A DNA stretch of 63,216 nucleotides, the filler included, from Octopus bimaculoides (Eukaryota): assembly GCF_001194135.2 (NCBI RefSeq). It is 5 parts of 5 records of this genome, joined end to end, with 100 filler letters (N's around TTAATTAATTAA, not from the genome) between each part and the next. Parts side by side here need not be neighbours in the genome. Positions count along the whole stretch, not along the records: positions 1 to 24,995 come from NC_068981.1; 4 more parts are not named here. One strand, 5' to 3'. The translations under genes and the position numbers were made by a program. Positions 1 to 13,647 of this stretch are shown piece after piece. Position 1 is the stretch's first letter. Each line of letters begins with the position of its first letter. The notes under the pieces were generated by a model. That model ran no database searches. It worked only from the letters and a program-made list of their open reading frames with translations, and was not told where the DNA came from.

Positions 1-312
1 CAGTACCGCCTGACTGGCTCCTGTAGGATTTTCGAGTGAGATCGTTGCCAGTGCCCCTGGACTGGCTTGTGCGGGTGGCACATAAAAGACACCATTTCGA
101 GCGTGGCCGTTTTCGTGCGGGTGACACGTAAAAGCACCCACTACACTCTCTGAGTGGTTGGCGTTAGGAAGGGCATCCAGCTGTAGAAACTCTGCCAAAT
201 CAGACTGGAGCCTGGTGTTGCCATCCGGTTTCACCAGTCCTCAGTCAAATCGTCCAACCCATGCTAGCATGGAAAGCGGACGTTAAACGATGATGATGAT
301 GATGATGATGAT
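1..312 (+). mobile_element. 3' part of an RTE-tailed retroposon (SINE or 5'-truncated LINE end) ending in (GAT)n
   Basis: Contains TTGGCGTTAGGAAGGGCATCCAGCTGTAGAAAC, which I recall as typical of RTE-clade 3' ends. Ends AACCCATGCTAGCATGGAAAGCGGACGTTAAAC-(GAT)n. Degenerate relatives lie at ~9065-9290, ~13740-13880, ~16480-16750 and ~18410-18570. Confidence 0.7.
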
Positions 313-3085
313 GAAAGTTAAGAAGAATTTGCATTTTATCAATGTTTCAAGATAGAAAAAGTTAACTAACTTTGATAAAATTTAAAGATTTGGTAAAATA
401 TCAAGATTTTTTATCTTAATTAACAGTACTTAACCAGTGAGTCCATTATCTTCACTGGCTGTTTTCAATTCAATAGGTTTGACTGTTGTAACTATTAAAC
501 TGTATGACTTTTTTGCTTTTTCACTCCACAAGATCTCTATATTTTGAGGAAATTGAAAAAGAATTAGTGAATTCAGGCTTCTCTCAAGGACACCAGCAAT
601 AGCAGTATAAGTGGAGTGGAATGGCTTTAAGGATATGACATTCATCATTGAATGAAATAAATGAACTTCAGACTTTTAAATGTTAAAGCCATTCAATAGT
701 CTCCTCCATTGACAGTCTGTCTGCTTAGTTTTCTTATCTTTTGAAACATTCCAACATGAAATTAATTCAGATAAATTTAGTCAGTCTAAATGTGTGTAGT
801 ACATTGGGAACTATACTTATAGTTGTGCATCAACAGTGACCCCGGATTAACCAGTTAATCTACTAAAATCTTCATTTGTTATTAATAGTTTTGTCTTACC
901 ATTTGTTCCACTAATTCTTTAATAATGATTTCTAGATGTCATTCCAGTTGTAGTGAAATGCTAGCCATAAACAACAGGCATAGCTATGTGGTTAAGAAGT
1001 TTGTTTTGTGACTACATTGCTTCAGGTTCAATATTACTGTACAGAATCTTAAACAAGAGTCTTTTTCTATAGCCTCAGGGTAACCAAAGCCTTGTGAGCG
1101 AAATTTGATTGTTCCTGTATTTGGGTGTTGAACTTAATCCATCACCCAGTTTAACACCATCACCTGGTCATTGAGAGCCTTTATCACAGACCTCTCTGTT
1201 TTTATGTATTTGGGGTCAGATCTCCAGTTGGAGGATAACTTTCACTCTTCTGCATTTGAAACCTTTAAGAGACACAGCCCATCCTCTTTTGACAAAGCAA
1301 TGAAATATTTGACAATAGTCTGACTTACTACCTCACAAAAATTGCATGTCTTGAACTGATTAATTCTTTTGTTAGGAATTAAGAAAATTATCAAAAGTTT
1401 TCAACATTACTCCTGATTTAGAACAACCGCCACACACATTTATCTCATTAAAGTCCATAGTAAGTTACATGAATATCTAAATCATGAGAGAAACCAAGAA
1501 ACAAATGTATTCAATCACAGTATACTTTTGAGAGATTTCATAAACAAATAATTGTCAAATATATTATCTTTTATTATAAAATATAAGGTCCATAGCTTTC
1601 TCATGTATCAAAAAAAAAAAAGTAAGCTTTTAATCTTCCAATGTATTGTTTGTTCTCATTGGATCACCAAATCATCGCCTTAGCCAACCATCATACCCAT
1701 ATCAATCTACATCATTTATTGTCTACCCTTTAAACCTAATTGTATGTGAAGTCAGAACTTGATTAATTTATGTCAATTGATCAGAACTTGGTTAATTTAT
1801 GCTGATTTCCTTTAGCTGAAAATGTGTGACACTCCTGATTGATTTCAGACTGATAAATGAATGATTCAGATGACACTCCTTATTGTGTCACTCCACACTC
1901 TTTGCACAATTGAAGTCCACCATCCCAAATCCCTCAAGTGTCAACTTGTAACAGTCTGCTGCTGCTGCTGCTGCTATTGTTGCGCAGGCAAAAAGCACTA
2001 ATTGCAACACCTGGAGGAAACTGTCACTGAAAGAAGGCATTCACCCAACTCTAAAAGTCATGCAAAGAATAGCTTTATGCCTTGCACAGCGTACAAAATT
2101 TTTGCCCACCAAATTTTAGTTGGTGACTATTCTTATTAAACTTTCTAATATTTTCCTCTGAGGATATCTCTTTCAATCTATGTAAATACAGGACAGTGTG
2201 TCTCATTTGCAAAAAAGACATCCTCTCTTACTTTAATATCTGATTACTACCATAAATGTATGGAGAGAAATGTAAACAACTACCTCTGAATTAACAAATT
2301 ATTAAAGTGCATAATTATTTTATGCGATTCTTTTTCATTAAAACTGCAACTTTCTATAATTCTCTCCTTCCACCAGTTCATGTTTTCCCTACTAGTATCA
2401 ACCTGTAGAAGCTCAAGATAAACATCAAGTTACTTGTCTGGAGGGCTATAAAAATTATGGGCATTGTCCCTCATCACCAAAGTAAAATAATGTAAAGTAA
2501 AATTGGAAACAAAAGAATCAAATCCAAGATGGGTTTTCTTGCTTTAATATGGGAAACAAATTTATTGGGGAAGTGGTTGAGATTATGTAACACTCATGCC
2601 TTTGTCAGGTACATTATCAATCTCAGTAAAGCGAATTAAAACCAACTTACAAAGAGCTTTCTTATTATTTCAGAGCAATAAAGTGAAACTGAGGCTGTTG
2701 GTGATGTTGTTATCCAGCCCCAGGTCATCTCTGTTTGAGCAGACACATAGTTAAAGCTATTCAGCCATAAATGTTCTTTTAAGGGGATCCAAGACTACAT
2801 TATACATGTGACCTTCCTTTTTTTTATGATGGTGGAGTGGAATTTGAGAGAGATTTGGCTGTTATTTCTACTAGGTTGAGAAATCAAAGTTCTGTCTGTT
2901 TATTTTAAAATTTGCTCAATTTCACTGAAACAGATAGTTAATTCTGGAACACCTTGTATGGTGTAGCATTGTTAGTTGTTGCGTGACTCAAGTAAATATT
3001 AAAATCAAAGGTCTTCTCACTGTAAACATCCCATCTAAGCATATTCTATCAAGGAGTATAGTATCCAAAATGTATCTCTCCTTTA

Positions 3086-3208
3086 TAGGCATGGCTGTGT
3101 GGTTGAGAAGCTTGCTTTCCAACCATGTCACCTTGGGTTCAGTCCCACTGTGCAACACGTTGGACAATTCTCTTTCATTACAGCTCTGTGCCAACCAAAG
3201 CCTTGTGT
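3086..3208 (+). mobile_element. tRNA-derived CORE-like SINE (family A), 5' half
   Basis: GGCATGGCTGTGTGG head, GGTTCAGTCCC B-box-like motif and CCAAAGCCTTGTG; the same family recurs throughout the window. Confidence 0.7.
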
Positions 3209-3376
3209 ATTATATAATTACTGTATTGATATATATAAAATAACACATAATACTCACTTATTGTCATATAATAAACAAAGAAGTTCACGTATGAAATTGA
3301 TCTTTTTTTTACTTCAATTATTACATGTTTTTTTTTCTTATAAAATACACACATATAGGAGGAGTAAATTTATATA

Positions 3377-3503
3377 CAGGGTGTCCACAAAGTCTGGGTA
3401 GGGTACATGGGATAAACACTTTAAGAAATTATTATTTCTTATATTTAATTGTTTATGTTATGATTTTATTTACTCCATGTACCCAGACCTTGTGGACACC
3501 CTG
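3377..3503. mobile_element. 127-bp Tc1/mariner-type MITE
   Basis: 24-bp TIRs CAGGGTGTCCACAA(A/G)GTCTGGGTA at 3377-3400 and 3480-3503 with one mismatch. TA dinucleotides flank both ends. Confidence 0.85.
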
Positions 3504-3581
3504 TATATATAATAATACTTTGAATGTGGTTCCTGAGAAAGAGTAAAGTTATTACCCGATCAACAACGGGTATTACTGCTA

Positions 3582-3631
<50 letters not shown>

Positions 3632-6339
3632 GTGTGGAGGTGTGGAGGTGTGTGTGTGTATATATATATATATATAACGTGAGAGAGTTAGGGGTTGGGG
3701 GTTCAACCCACTAAGGGATAGTATCTATCCAGTATACTGCTGGCAGGGTACCCAATTGTTGCTATACTAGTGTAAGATTAAACTTCTGTTCATCCTCTAA
3801 TTCCTTATGTACTTTGTACTTCTATATGTAAACCAGGTTGGCAAAATAACATAGTCTGCCATAGACACCTGTGCTTTGGTTCTTTCTTTCATTTTCTTTC
3901 TTCTTTTTGTCACTTTTGCTATGAATTAAATTAATGAATTCAACGGGATACACCGTCTGCAAGTAGTTGGGTTCAGCATATTATCCTCCATTTTCTAATT
4001 GTTATATATATATATATATATATATAAAGAACTTTCTGTGTTTTTATCATAGTTTTGCTCTCTCTCTCTCTCTTCCTCCCTATTTACCTCCTCTTATCCA
4101 GTTTTACATTACTTATCACTGAACCTCGTCACATCTTCCGCTAATCAATTCTTCTTATCAGATTGACCCAGGATGGTTGTTCAAATCCTGATTATTCACA
4201 CACACCCCTACACTTTTCTTCCTATCAAGAAATGCTATCTCACACTTTTCTACATCTGCTTAGGCACCGGATTAATAAAAGACCTTACTTTCTTCTCAAT
4301 TCTTCTTCTTTTCATCTTTTCCATTCTAGCTACTTTCCTATCTGTCTATCTAGCTTTCTTTATCTGTTTGTCACAATTTATATTTCATATTCAATTATAT
4401 GGAACCACTGGAATCTATGCGGGTGCTTTCAGAACTAAACCAGTTACAATCTACTGTGACTTATATACCTACAGTAACATTACAAAGCTTTTGCATACTG
4501 CTCTTCTGTAGTTAATATAGTTTCTTATGAATGGATGAAGAGAATAATATTTTCAAAGATAGCTAATGACCAAATGCACAATTCAACACACACACATGCC
4601 AATGTGGTCATTCAATCTTTTAGAAATAGCAGCCAAATCTTCTTCAAATCTTACTCCACTGTCTTAAAAATGAAAGGGCATATTGGATAAGGAAGATTTT
4701 AATATACTATGATACACTACATCTGAAAATAAAAAAAAAGAAGACAAAATGGAAATGTCATGGATAAAATATGCTTGATTATAATTTTGATCCACCAGGG
4801 ACAACCTGATGGTAAACAACACTCACACATACAAGCAAACATATACATGCATGTTTTTATAACGATAAAAATTGCAGCAATATTTTCACTAAGTAGAGGA
4901 AGAGAATACTTTGGAACCATGGATTTACCATTATTACACCAAATACATCACAAAGAATCGCTCCATAGGTAAACCCATATGTGTCCTTTGTGTATATGTA
5001 AAAAATTCTTCAAAACTGTTTATCTATCACCACTGCCAGTTTCTTTGCTTTATTGTTGTAGTTATTGCCTTTTAGTCCAGATAAACTAAACTATGATCCA
5101 GTCATGATTAGCCAATCATTTTTTTTTTTTCTGATATAGTATATGAAGAATTATTACATTATCCGCTGTGTTTTTCCTCTTTTAAAACTATAGGTGTGAT
5201 ATGAGGTATATATTTGGTTACTATTTCAAGGTAGTGAATTGGCAAAGTCATTAGAATGCTGGATAGAAATACCTCACAGTATTTGTTACAACTCTGCACT
5301 TTGAGTTCAAATCCTAATGTCAACTTTACCTCTCATTCAGGGTGGGACAATAAGAAAAATACTTATTCAGCGTAGTGAATTGGTAGATTTGTTAGTGTAG
5401 AATTGGATGACTTGTGGTACCTTTTTTAGCCTTATACATTCTGAGTTCAAATCCCACCCCTTTACTACAAATTGGTATCATGTCTGTTAGGAATTATAGC
5501 CAACAGATATCATAAGCAATTTGAAAAACTAAAGGGAATCAGCAATCCATACACCATGTCTAGCTAGTGCAGAGTTTCTCTACCATTTTTTTTACCTATG
5601 GAACTTTTTGATTCCTCTCTTACTCGAATGGACCCTCCTAGTTATTCGATGTTTAAAAAAAATAGCTCGAAACTGGGCCAGTCCCACGATCCTGTTAGCT
5701 GCTGGAGGGTAATAGGGGTTTGCTCCCCCTGCTAGCAATGTATTGTATATAAACTCTACAAAACTTTGCACCAAAAACCAGCTGGTAGAGAATCTGCCTG
5801 GGGTTAAACTAGCAGTAACATTCAACTGTCATTTTGATGTGGCGACTCACTTTACTGTTTTAAAAAATCATTTTTATAATTAAGTATTATTAGGAATTGT
5901 ATAAAAAATTGTTAAAATATTTTGTGCACTGTAGAAGTATAACCTATTTATTGCAGATAAATTTTAACCACAAAATCTTATATGGACCCCTAAGGGCCAT
6001 ATAGACTCCATGTGAGAATCCCTAAGCTAGTGGAATGACAAGGTTGAGGTCATTTAAGGCTGCTTTTAAAGTATTCCTTTGTCCCTCCTATTTCTGTTAT
6101 AGATTGAAGCACAGAGAGACAGTTTACTTTGGCTTTGGAATTTTAGATAGTAATTTTGTTCTTTTATTAGAATTCTATTTGATTTTTTATACTTTTAATA
6201 GATATTTTGCATTTATAATAGCTTTCCATTATTTATGTATGGTTGTGTTTTTTTATAACTGCCATATTTTTGTCTCTAATACTACTTTTTTTGGCAGCAT
6301 TTTATGTTCTGACCTTGAAGCAAATGAAGAATTTATCAC

Positions 6340-6490
6340 CATCCTCATTCGTGGCAACATACTCATCATTATCATTGTCATCATCCTCAACATTACCATT
6401 GTCCTCATCATCATCATCATCATCACTGTTATTGTTATCATCGTCATCAAAATAATTACCATTATTATTATCATCATTAACATTATTATC
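6340..6490. repeat. Cryptic (CAT/ATT)n trinucleotide repeat
   Basis: Degenerate ATC/ATT triplets. They explain the poly-I, poly-S and poly-M ORFs in the track. Confidence 0.85.
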
Positions 6491-7754
6491 AAATTTTACA
6501 TTTCTTTACTTTCTGAGTTCAATTGAGGTTGATTTTGTCTCATTTCATTCTGGGGCTTACAAAATAAAGAGCCAATCAAATACTGGAGTCAAATATATTC
6601 TTTCACAAAATCTTGTGGCCATGGTAGGCTGTGAGTATTAGAATTGTAAGGCATCAGGAGAACAAAATATATTTTGTGGTATTTAGTTTCATCCTTTTAT
6701 ATCCTGAGTTCAAAATTCTTTGCACTCAACTTTACCTTCCATCCCCATAGAGCTAAAATAATCACCACTCAAAATATAAGATTAGATTTAAACAACTAAA
6801 CTCTTCTCCTAAATACTGATGTCACATGACTTGTAAGAAATTAATATTCCTTTTTCTATGAAGGAATGTGTTTGTGATAATTTGACTTACAAGAAATAGT
6901 AGCCAAATCTCTCAGAAATCATACCCTATCATTTTTATAAAAGGAAAGACATACTGGATAATAGAATCATGTGTACCCCCCATCCACCCACCCACACACA
7001 CATACACACACAAAATGAAAGGGCGGTCACTTGAGAAATACTTCTGATTATGAGTTTGTTTCATCAAGGTAGCACTGAGACTGCACAAAACAACAGCATA
7101 ATTATTCTGTACAAGGTGGAATAGCGGAATTGGTTGAGTGCCAGACAAAAATGCCTTGCCATAATATTTATATTTCTTTATGGCTACACTCCACCCCTGC
7201 CCCTAAAATCTGTGACCTTTTGCCCTATATTAGAAATCATATTTTTCTATATTCTTCAGAGGCGTATATGTTCTTCAAATATTTGTGTTCATCAAACCTA
7301 TTTCCTTCAGACACCTACCATGTTTATTTTATTGTTTTGATTAGATAGCTATTTGCGTAATAAATAATCCTATGTTTGTTGCTGTTGTTATTGTTGTCAT
7401 TCTTGAAGTATTGTGGTAAGGGTGGCAGTGGTGGCAGTCTGCAGCATTGTGGTCGTCGTCGTCATCATCATTGTTGGTCTTTTCATCAGTCTTATCAGTT
7501 ACTGTTGATTGTTATGGATCTGTTTTCGTTGTTATTTTTCCTGATATCAAAGTCTTATATAAAGTGTTGTTATATTTAGAGGGTTCTGCTTCAACATGTG
7601 TGATATGCCCTATCACTCACAGCTACTGTTTGGAGTGTGTGCAATTTTGTTGTTGTTATCATTGCTTACCCCACATCAGCCCTAATCAAGTCAAAAGCAT
7701 ACAAGTGCTGTAACCACACTATTTTTTTTTTTCTGGCACTGTGAATATCTTTTG

Positions 7755-8147
7755 TCTTTTACTTGTTTCAGTCATTGGACTGCAGCCATGAAGGGTTTTA
7801 GGTAAACAAATTCAACTCCAGTACTTATATTTTTATGACCCTGTTATTTATTCTATCAGTGTCTTTTACTTGAACTGATAAGTTATGGGGATGTAAACAA
7901 ACCAACAGCAGTTGTCAAGTGGTGGTGGAAACAAACACAAAATCACACACACATAGGTACACACACATACACATGTATGTATGACGGGCTTCTTTCAGTT
8001 TCCATCTACCAAATTGACTCACAAGGCTTTGGTCAACCAAGGGCTATAGTAGAAGACACTTGCCCAAGGTACCATGCAGTGAGACTGAACCTGAAACCAT
8101 GTGGTTGGGGAGCAAACTTCTTACCACACAGCTACACCTACACCTAT
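7755..8147 (-). mobile_element. Family A SINE, near full length, CpG-decayed
   Basis: Reverse complement of head, CORE-like segment, (CA)n middle and GACTGAAACAAGTAAAAG tail. CpG sites seen in later copies appear here as TG/CA. Confidence 0.75.
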
Positions 8148-11100
8148 ATTGAATTGCATTATTCACTGTGTTCTTTTAAGATAATGGAATGGAATTTCAG
8201 ACAGATTTAGCTGCTCTTTCTAACAGGCTAAGCAACCATGAGAGGATCCCTTATTCACTTATGTGCATTATGTTGTAAGTCCTTTGAGGATACAGGTTTT
8301 GTAAATATCATATATGTATGTGTAGGGGGCATCACAATGACATAGAGTGACTTACATCAAAGAACTATATTATTTAAACCTACTTCATTATATTGTACAC
8401 TTTTCCATACATCATCCCATGATGCACCTGGACAGATCAGTGATCTTTCCTGAGGTCATTAGCTGTGAGCTGATTCGGTGTATTTACACACATTTCTCTA
8501 CTGAGAAATTTTGTCCAAGACAAAACACAGTGAATATGTCTCAGGCATCTTTGAACTAGTTATAGGTTTGTACTTTCAATAAAATCTTTATCAACATTAG
8601 AAGGGGAGGAGGACATTGTGTTATCAATGAATAGAAATATGAAATGACTGATGTAAACCACTAAACAAAATTAGACACTACTTAATTTAACCTTCTTTTT
8701 CTTCTTGATTTAACCATTTTTTCTTCGAAACATGCAGAGGAGATATCTGTAAGATGCTGTTTGGTAGAACAGAATGCTGAGAACCATTAGTGTAAATGTA
8801 TACACTAATAAACAGAACTTTCCAGTTCACTGGTATCATCATATTTGATGGGTTTATAAAACCATTAAATGCACAGTTCTCTGTTCTCAGAATGAAGTGT
8901 ACATGGTTTATGAGGAAGACTCTAAATAAATTTGAAACTTGAGTCAGTTTGTTGACTCTCTTCCTGTCTGCAAAGAAATACCCCAAAAGGGACATGCTTA
9001 CCTTTTCTATATATTCATTTGCACAAGTTTGTTTAAATCTTGTACTGTGTCCATACATCTACATGTTAGGCTTCTTCATCAACATCATTTAACATCCAGG
9101 CCCCGTGCTGGCATGGGCTTGACAGGATCCTATAAGACCAATCGCTGCATCATGCTTCAATGTCTACTTTGGCATGGTTTCTGTAGCTGAATGCCTTTCC
9201 TATCACCAACCATTTTACAGCATGTACAGGGTGCTCTTTTCATGCCCCCAGCACTAGTGAAGTTGTCATGCAGTTCACAAGACTACAAACCCCAAGGGTG
9301 AGGGGTCAGCTTTATGCTAATGAGATGAGAAGAGAGGGCATAATAGGTTCCTCTTGTAGAGGAGCTATATGCCAACTCTCATTTAGAAGAGGGAATGAGA
9401 AAGATCAGGTGGGGCTGCAAAGAGATAAATGATGGTGGTGAGGTGTCCAAGTGGCCTCTTAAGGTATGAAGTAAATTGAAATGAGTGGAGACAAAGGAAC
9501 CAGGAATGTGGGTGGATGGATGTTTGCAAGAGTTTTATAATTACTGAAAGGCTATATTATCAAAATATGGAGAGGTGTAGTAAAACAATGCTGTTACTCA
9601 CAAGCGAGTATGACCCGGTACTATGTACCCTGCTTTTACTAATTGTATTTGGTGCTTAAGTTAGTCATGAAGAGACAAACACCTTCACCCTTTGTCCAGC
9701 AGAGCATTGAAAATGTAGCAGATGGAGAGAGTGAGGGCTGTACCAATGCAAGGTTGGTGTATATTTTCAGCTGAGTCAACAAGAGCAATGTGAAATGAAG
9801 TACCTTTCTCAAGGACACAGCACATCACCCAATCTAGAAATGGAACTCACAACCTTATCATGAGTGAAACACTCTAGCCATTAAGCCATGCACTGAGAGG
9901 TGTAGTAGGTGTGAGATTGAGATGCCAGGTTTATTGACTAAACAGACCTATTCAGTATCTACTTCATTTATTTATCCCAAAGTAAAAGCAACTTTTAAAT
10001 TACTTGCCTATCTCTTATTTGAATGATTTACACGTGTAGATAGGAAATAATATAAAAATCTACAAAATTTTCAAAAACATACTCAATAACAATGACAACA
10101 TTTAACAAAACATTTTATGTGCTTACTTGAAACAAGAACAGTCTTTGCGTGGTCATTTGGCCTACTAGAAATAGCAGCTGAATCTTCCTCAAAATCACAC
10201 TTTACTGCTTTAAAAAGGAAAAATATACTAGGTAATACAGCCCTAGATTGTCTTCGACACTCAGCTTTTTATGGTGTTGCATGGATGCTGTTGTGGTATA
10301 TAGCATGTCTTGGTAATTTTAAATCTTGCTGTGACAATCTCTCACCCAATCTGACAAGAGAAAGAAAGAATAATTTGAAATCAAAAGTCAATCTGGGTGC
10401 GATATTAACTCAAAGTGCAGAGATCTGGAAAAAATACCACAAGGTATTCTCTCCAATATTCTAATTAACCACCTATAATCATCATCATTTTAACATTCGC
10501 TTTTTCTGTGAATGAATCTGACAGTTTATTGAGATGGATTCTTTATGGCTGGAGCATTTCCTGTTGCCAAATAAGGTAATACTCTCCCCATGACCAACAT
10601 GGAAACAAATACAAATGACATTCATTTACAACAGTCACATGATGTCAAGACAAGTAAGCACAAACATCCACCCACACCCAAACTCACATATACTATATAT
10701 ATATATATATATATNNNNNNNNNNNNNNNNNNNNNNNNNNNNNNNNNNNNNNNNNNNNNNNNNNNNNNNNNNNNNNNNNNNNNNNNNNNNNNNNNNNNNN
10801 NNNNNNNNNNNNNNNNNNNNNNNNNNNNNNNNNNNNNNNNNNNNNNNNNNNNNNNNNNNNNNNNNNNNNNNNNNNNNNNNNNNNNNNNNNNNNNNNNNNN
10901 NNNNNNNNNNNNNNNNNNNNNNNNNNNNNNNNNNNNNNNNNNNNNNNNNNNNNNNNNNNNNNNNNNNNNNNNNNNNNNNNNNNNNNNNNNNNNNNNNNNN
11001 NNNNNNNNNNNNNNNNNNNNNNNNNNNNNNNNNNNNNNNNNNNNNNNNNNNNNNNNNNNNNNNNNNNNNNNNNNNNNNNNNNNNNNNNNNNNNNNNNNNN

Positions 11101-11974
11101 NNNNNNNNNNNNNNNNNNNNNNNNNNNNNNNNNNNNNNNNNNNNNNNNNNNNNNNNNNNNNNNNNNNNNNNNNNNNNNNNNNNNNNNNNNNNNNNNNNNN
11201 NNNNNNNNNNNNNNNNNNNNNNNNNNNNNNNNNNNNNNNNNNNNNNNNNNNNNNNNNNNNNNNNNNNNNNNNNNNNNNNNNNNNNNNNNNNNNNNNNNNN
11301 NNNNNNNNNNNNNNNNNNNNNNNNNNNNNNNNNNNNNNNNNNNNNNNNNNNNNNNNNNNNNNNNNNNNNNNNNNNNNNNNNNNNNNNNNNNNNNNNNNNN
11401 NNNNNNNNNNNNNNNNNNNNNNNNNNNNNNNNNNNNNNNNNNNNNNNNNNNNNNNNNNNNNNNNNNNNNNNNNNNNNNNNNNNNNNNNNNNNNNNNNNNN
11501 NNNNNNNNNNNNNNNNNNNNNNNNNNNNNNNNNNNGGGGGGGGAGAAGAAAAATAAGCGAAAATGCGCATGAGAAATCAGAAAAAGTAAAAGCTTTTTAT
11601 GAAAAGTAGCGATAGATATATACAATTAGATGAACTGAGGTAGGAATAAAAGTAATCAAATTTTTTAATGGGGGTGAAATAACCAAAAAGTAGATGGTAG
11701 CTAAACATTAAACAAACAAAAAAATTACTAAATGATAAGTGAAGGAAGTGCAGCATCCTTAACTCTTAATGGTCCTCCACCACAAAATTTTTAAAATGCT
11801 GATGCATGGGATGCTCAGCTTGAATATCTGTCAATTAATGTCTATAAACCACTGGTAGGAATGAATGATGCCCTTGAGGGAAACAAGTTCAACCCTTTAG
11901 CATTCAGATTAGTTTGTCAAATTGAATGCTTATTTACATTGTTTTGAAGTCGTCTGGTACCTTTGAGATTTCTA

Positions 11975-12740
11975 TTATGTGTTTGAGGGGGCATGAGTTG
12001 AATAATAGGTATTGTTTAGAATCTGTAGGTTTATAGAAGATGTCTATTTTGATGTTGTTATTGACTATTTTAATTAGGATGTCAAAAAAAGGGAGTTGTT
12101 TACTGCTGTGCTCCACAGTGAATTGTATGTTGTTATTAATATTGTTAAGCATTATTTTGAAATTGAGAAGTTTGTTCATGCTGTCTTTCCAAAATATAAA
12201 GCAATCGTCCCAATTCACCATGGAGCACAGCAGTAAACAGCTCCCTTTTCTTGACATCCTAATTAAAATAGTCAATAACCAGATCGAAACAGATATATAT
12301 AATATAAACCCACAGATTCTAAACAATACCTTTTATTCAACTCATGCCATCCCAAACACATAAAAATTAATATACCTTATAATCTAGCAAAAAGAATCTG
12401 TACCATAGTTTCGGACACCTATACTCATGAACGAAGACTCCTTGAACTCAGATCAATACTAATCAAAAGACATTACCCAATATCATAAATAAATGATGGC
12501 ATTAAACGAGCTAAGGAAATAGATATACGAACATTAAGGGAAGTCAACCAAAATACTAAACCAGACTTTAAAATATTCCCATACACCTCCACACATAACC
12601 CTAGAAACAATGAAGCATTCAACATTATCATCCAAAATCTACCCATCCCCACAGGAGATAAAACAATGAACAAAATTTTAGGCTCACACAAAATTATCAA
12701 AAGCAAAATGCAACATAAATCATTGAAAAATTGGGTTATC
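11975..12740. mobile_element. Penelope-like element RT fragment with inverted 5' segment
   Basis: Minus strand 12212 to 11975 reads WDDCFIFW...LNNINNNIQFTVEHSSKQLPFFDILI...FYKPTDSKQYLLFNSC. Plus strand from 12211 reads QFTMEHSSKQLPFLDILI...KPTDSKQYLLFNSCHPKHIKINIPYNLAKRICTIVSD...STHNPRN...IIKSK with frameshifts. These match the PLE RT C-terminal region. Confidence 0.85.
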
Positions 12741-13057
12741 TCCCCAATTAAAAAGTTATTTAACCCTCAATAAAACAAAAAGAAAAACTGAAAAAATTAA
12801 TAAACATGAAAAACGAAAAGATTAAATATCTTATTGAATCTAATAACTTTTTTATAACAAATCATAGCATGCCTACTGAGGAGGCCAAACATCAACAATG
12901 TGTTGAAGTATTGAATCAAAAGGATCTAACTCTTTTAATCCAACCTCTTGTTGACACATTAACTTGATTTTTTTTAGTGGGGAGGTAACCCAGTTTTTAA
13001 TGGCAATTTTTTAATGGGCGTGAGATAACCAAAAAGTATCTAATTCTCTTGTACATT

Positions 13058-13203
13058 CCAGGCATGGCTGTGTGGTTAAGAAGCTTGCCCTCCAATCATG
13101 TAGTCTTGGGTTCAGTCCCACTGTGTGGTACTTTGGGCATGTGTCATCTTCTATAGCCACAGACCAACCAAAACCTTGTAAATGGAAACTGAGGAAGCCT
13201 ATC

Positions 13204-13247
<44 letters not shown>

Positions 13248-13290
13248 ATCTTCTACTTTAGCCTTGGGCTCACCAATGCCTTGTGAGTTG
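13058..13290 (+). mobile_element. Family A SINE 5' half plus (TG)n and an inverted fragment
   Basis: GGCATGGCTGTGTGGTTAAGAAGCTTGC...GGTTCAGTCCCACTG...GGAAACTGAGGAAGCC followed by a microsatellite. Confidence 0.7.
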
Positions 13291-13614
13291 ATTTGATATA
13301 TGTATACATGTATGTATATATGTATGTATGTATGTAAACATTGATGCAGATAAACAGGATTAGGCTTGATATATATAAATATACACATATAGATACACAT
13401 AGATGTATATATATATATATAGAGAGAGAGAGAGGGATATGTTATACATAGATGTATATATATATATATATATATATATAGTAAGAGAGGGATATGTTAT
13501 AAATACAAGTAACTAAATTCAGGAGAATAAAACTTTGGAATTTAAGTTCAAACCATTTGAGCATTCCTATGTGTTTTCTATATTGAGCATCTTTAGCTCT
13601 CACCTTTAAAATTC

Positions 13615-13647
<33 letters not shown>

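Noticed and set aside
2396-6167. Phase-compatible chain of plus-strand exon candidates (2396-2481, ~4896-4968, ~5573-5709, from ~6109)
   Set aside because: Several splice sites are weak, the product resembles nothing I know, and such chains are easy to assemble by chance from many candidate sites.
6035-6526. 163-aa hydrophobic ORF resembling a membrane protein
   Set aside because: It is driven by T-rich sequence and a (CAT/ATT)n repeat, with no recognisable domain.
8381-9058. Minus-strand exon candidates (…CANEYIEK with GTAAGC donor; ERSLICPGASWDDVWKSVQYNE) and a 123-aa ORF
   Set aside because: The acceptors are poor and there is no recognisable homology.
10117-10464. 115-aa ORF containing an ankyrin-like GNTALD
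   Set aside because: The ORF runs through a dispersed repeat, lacks the rest of the ankyrin pattern and has a purine-rich acceptor.
10590-11625. Long ORFs spanning N runs (also near 17.3, 26, 27.6, 30, 31.4, 33, 49.3, 51.3 and 55.8 kb)
   Set aside because: They are open only because N codons contain no stops; the flanks are microsatellites.
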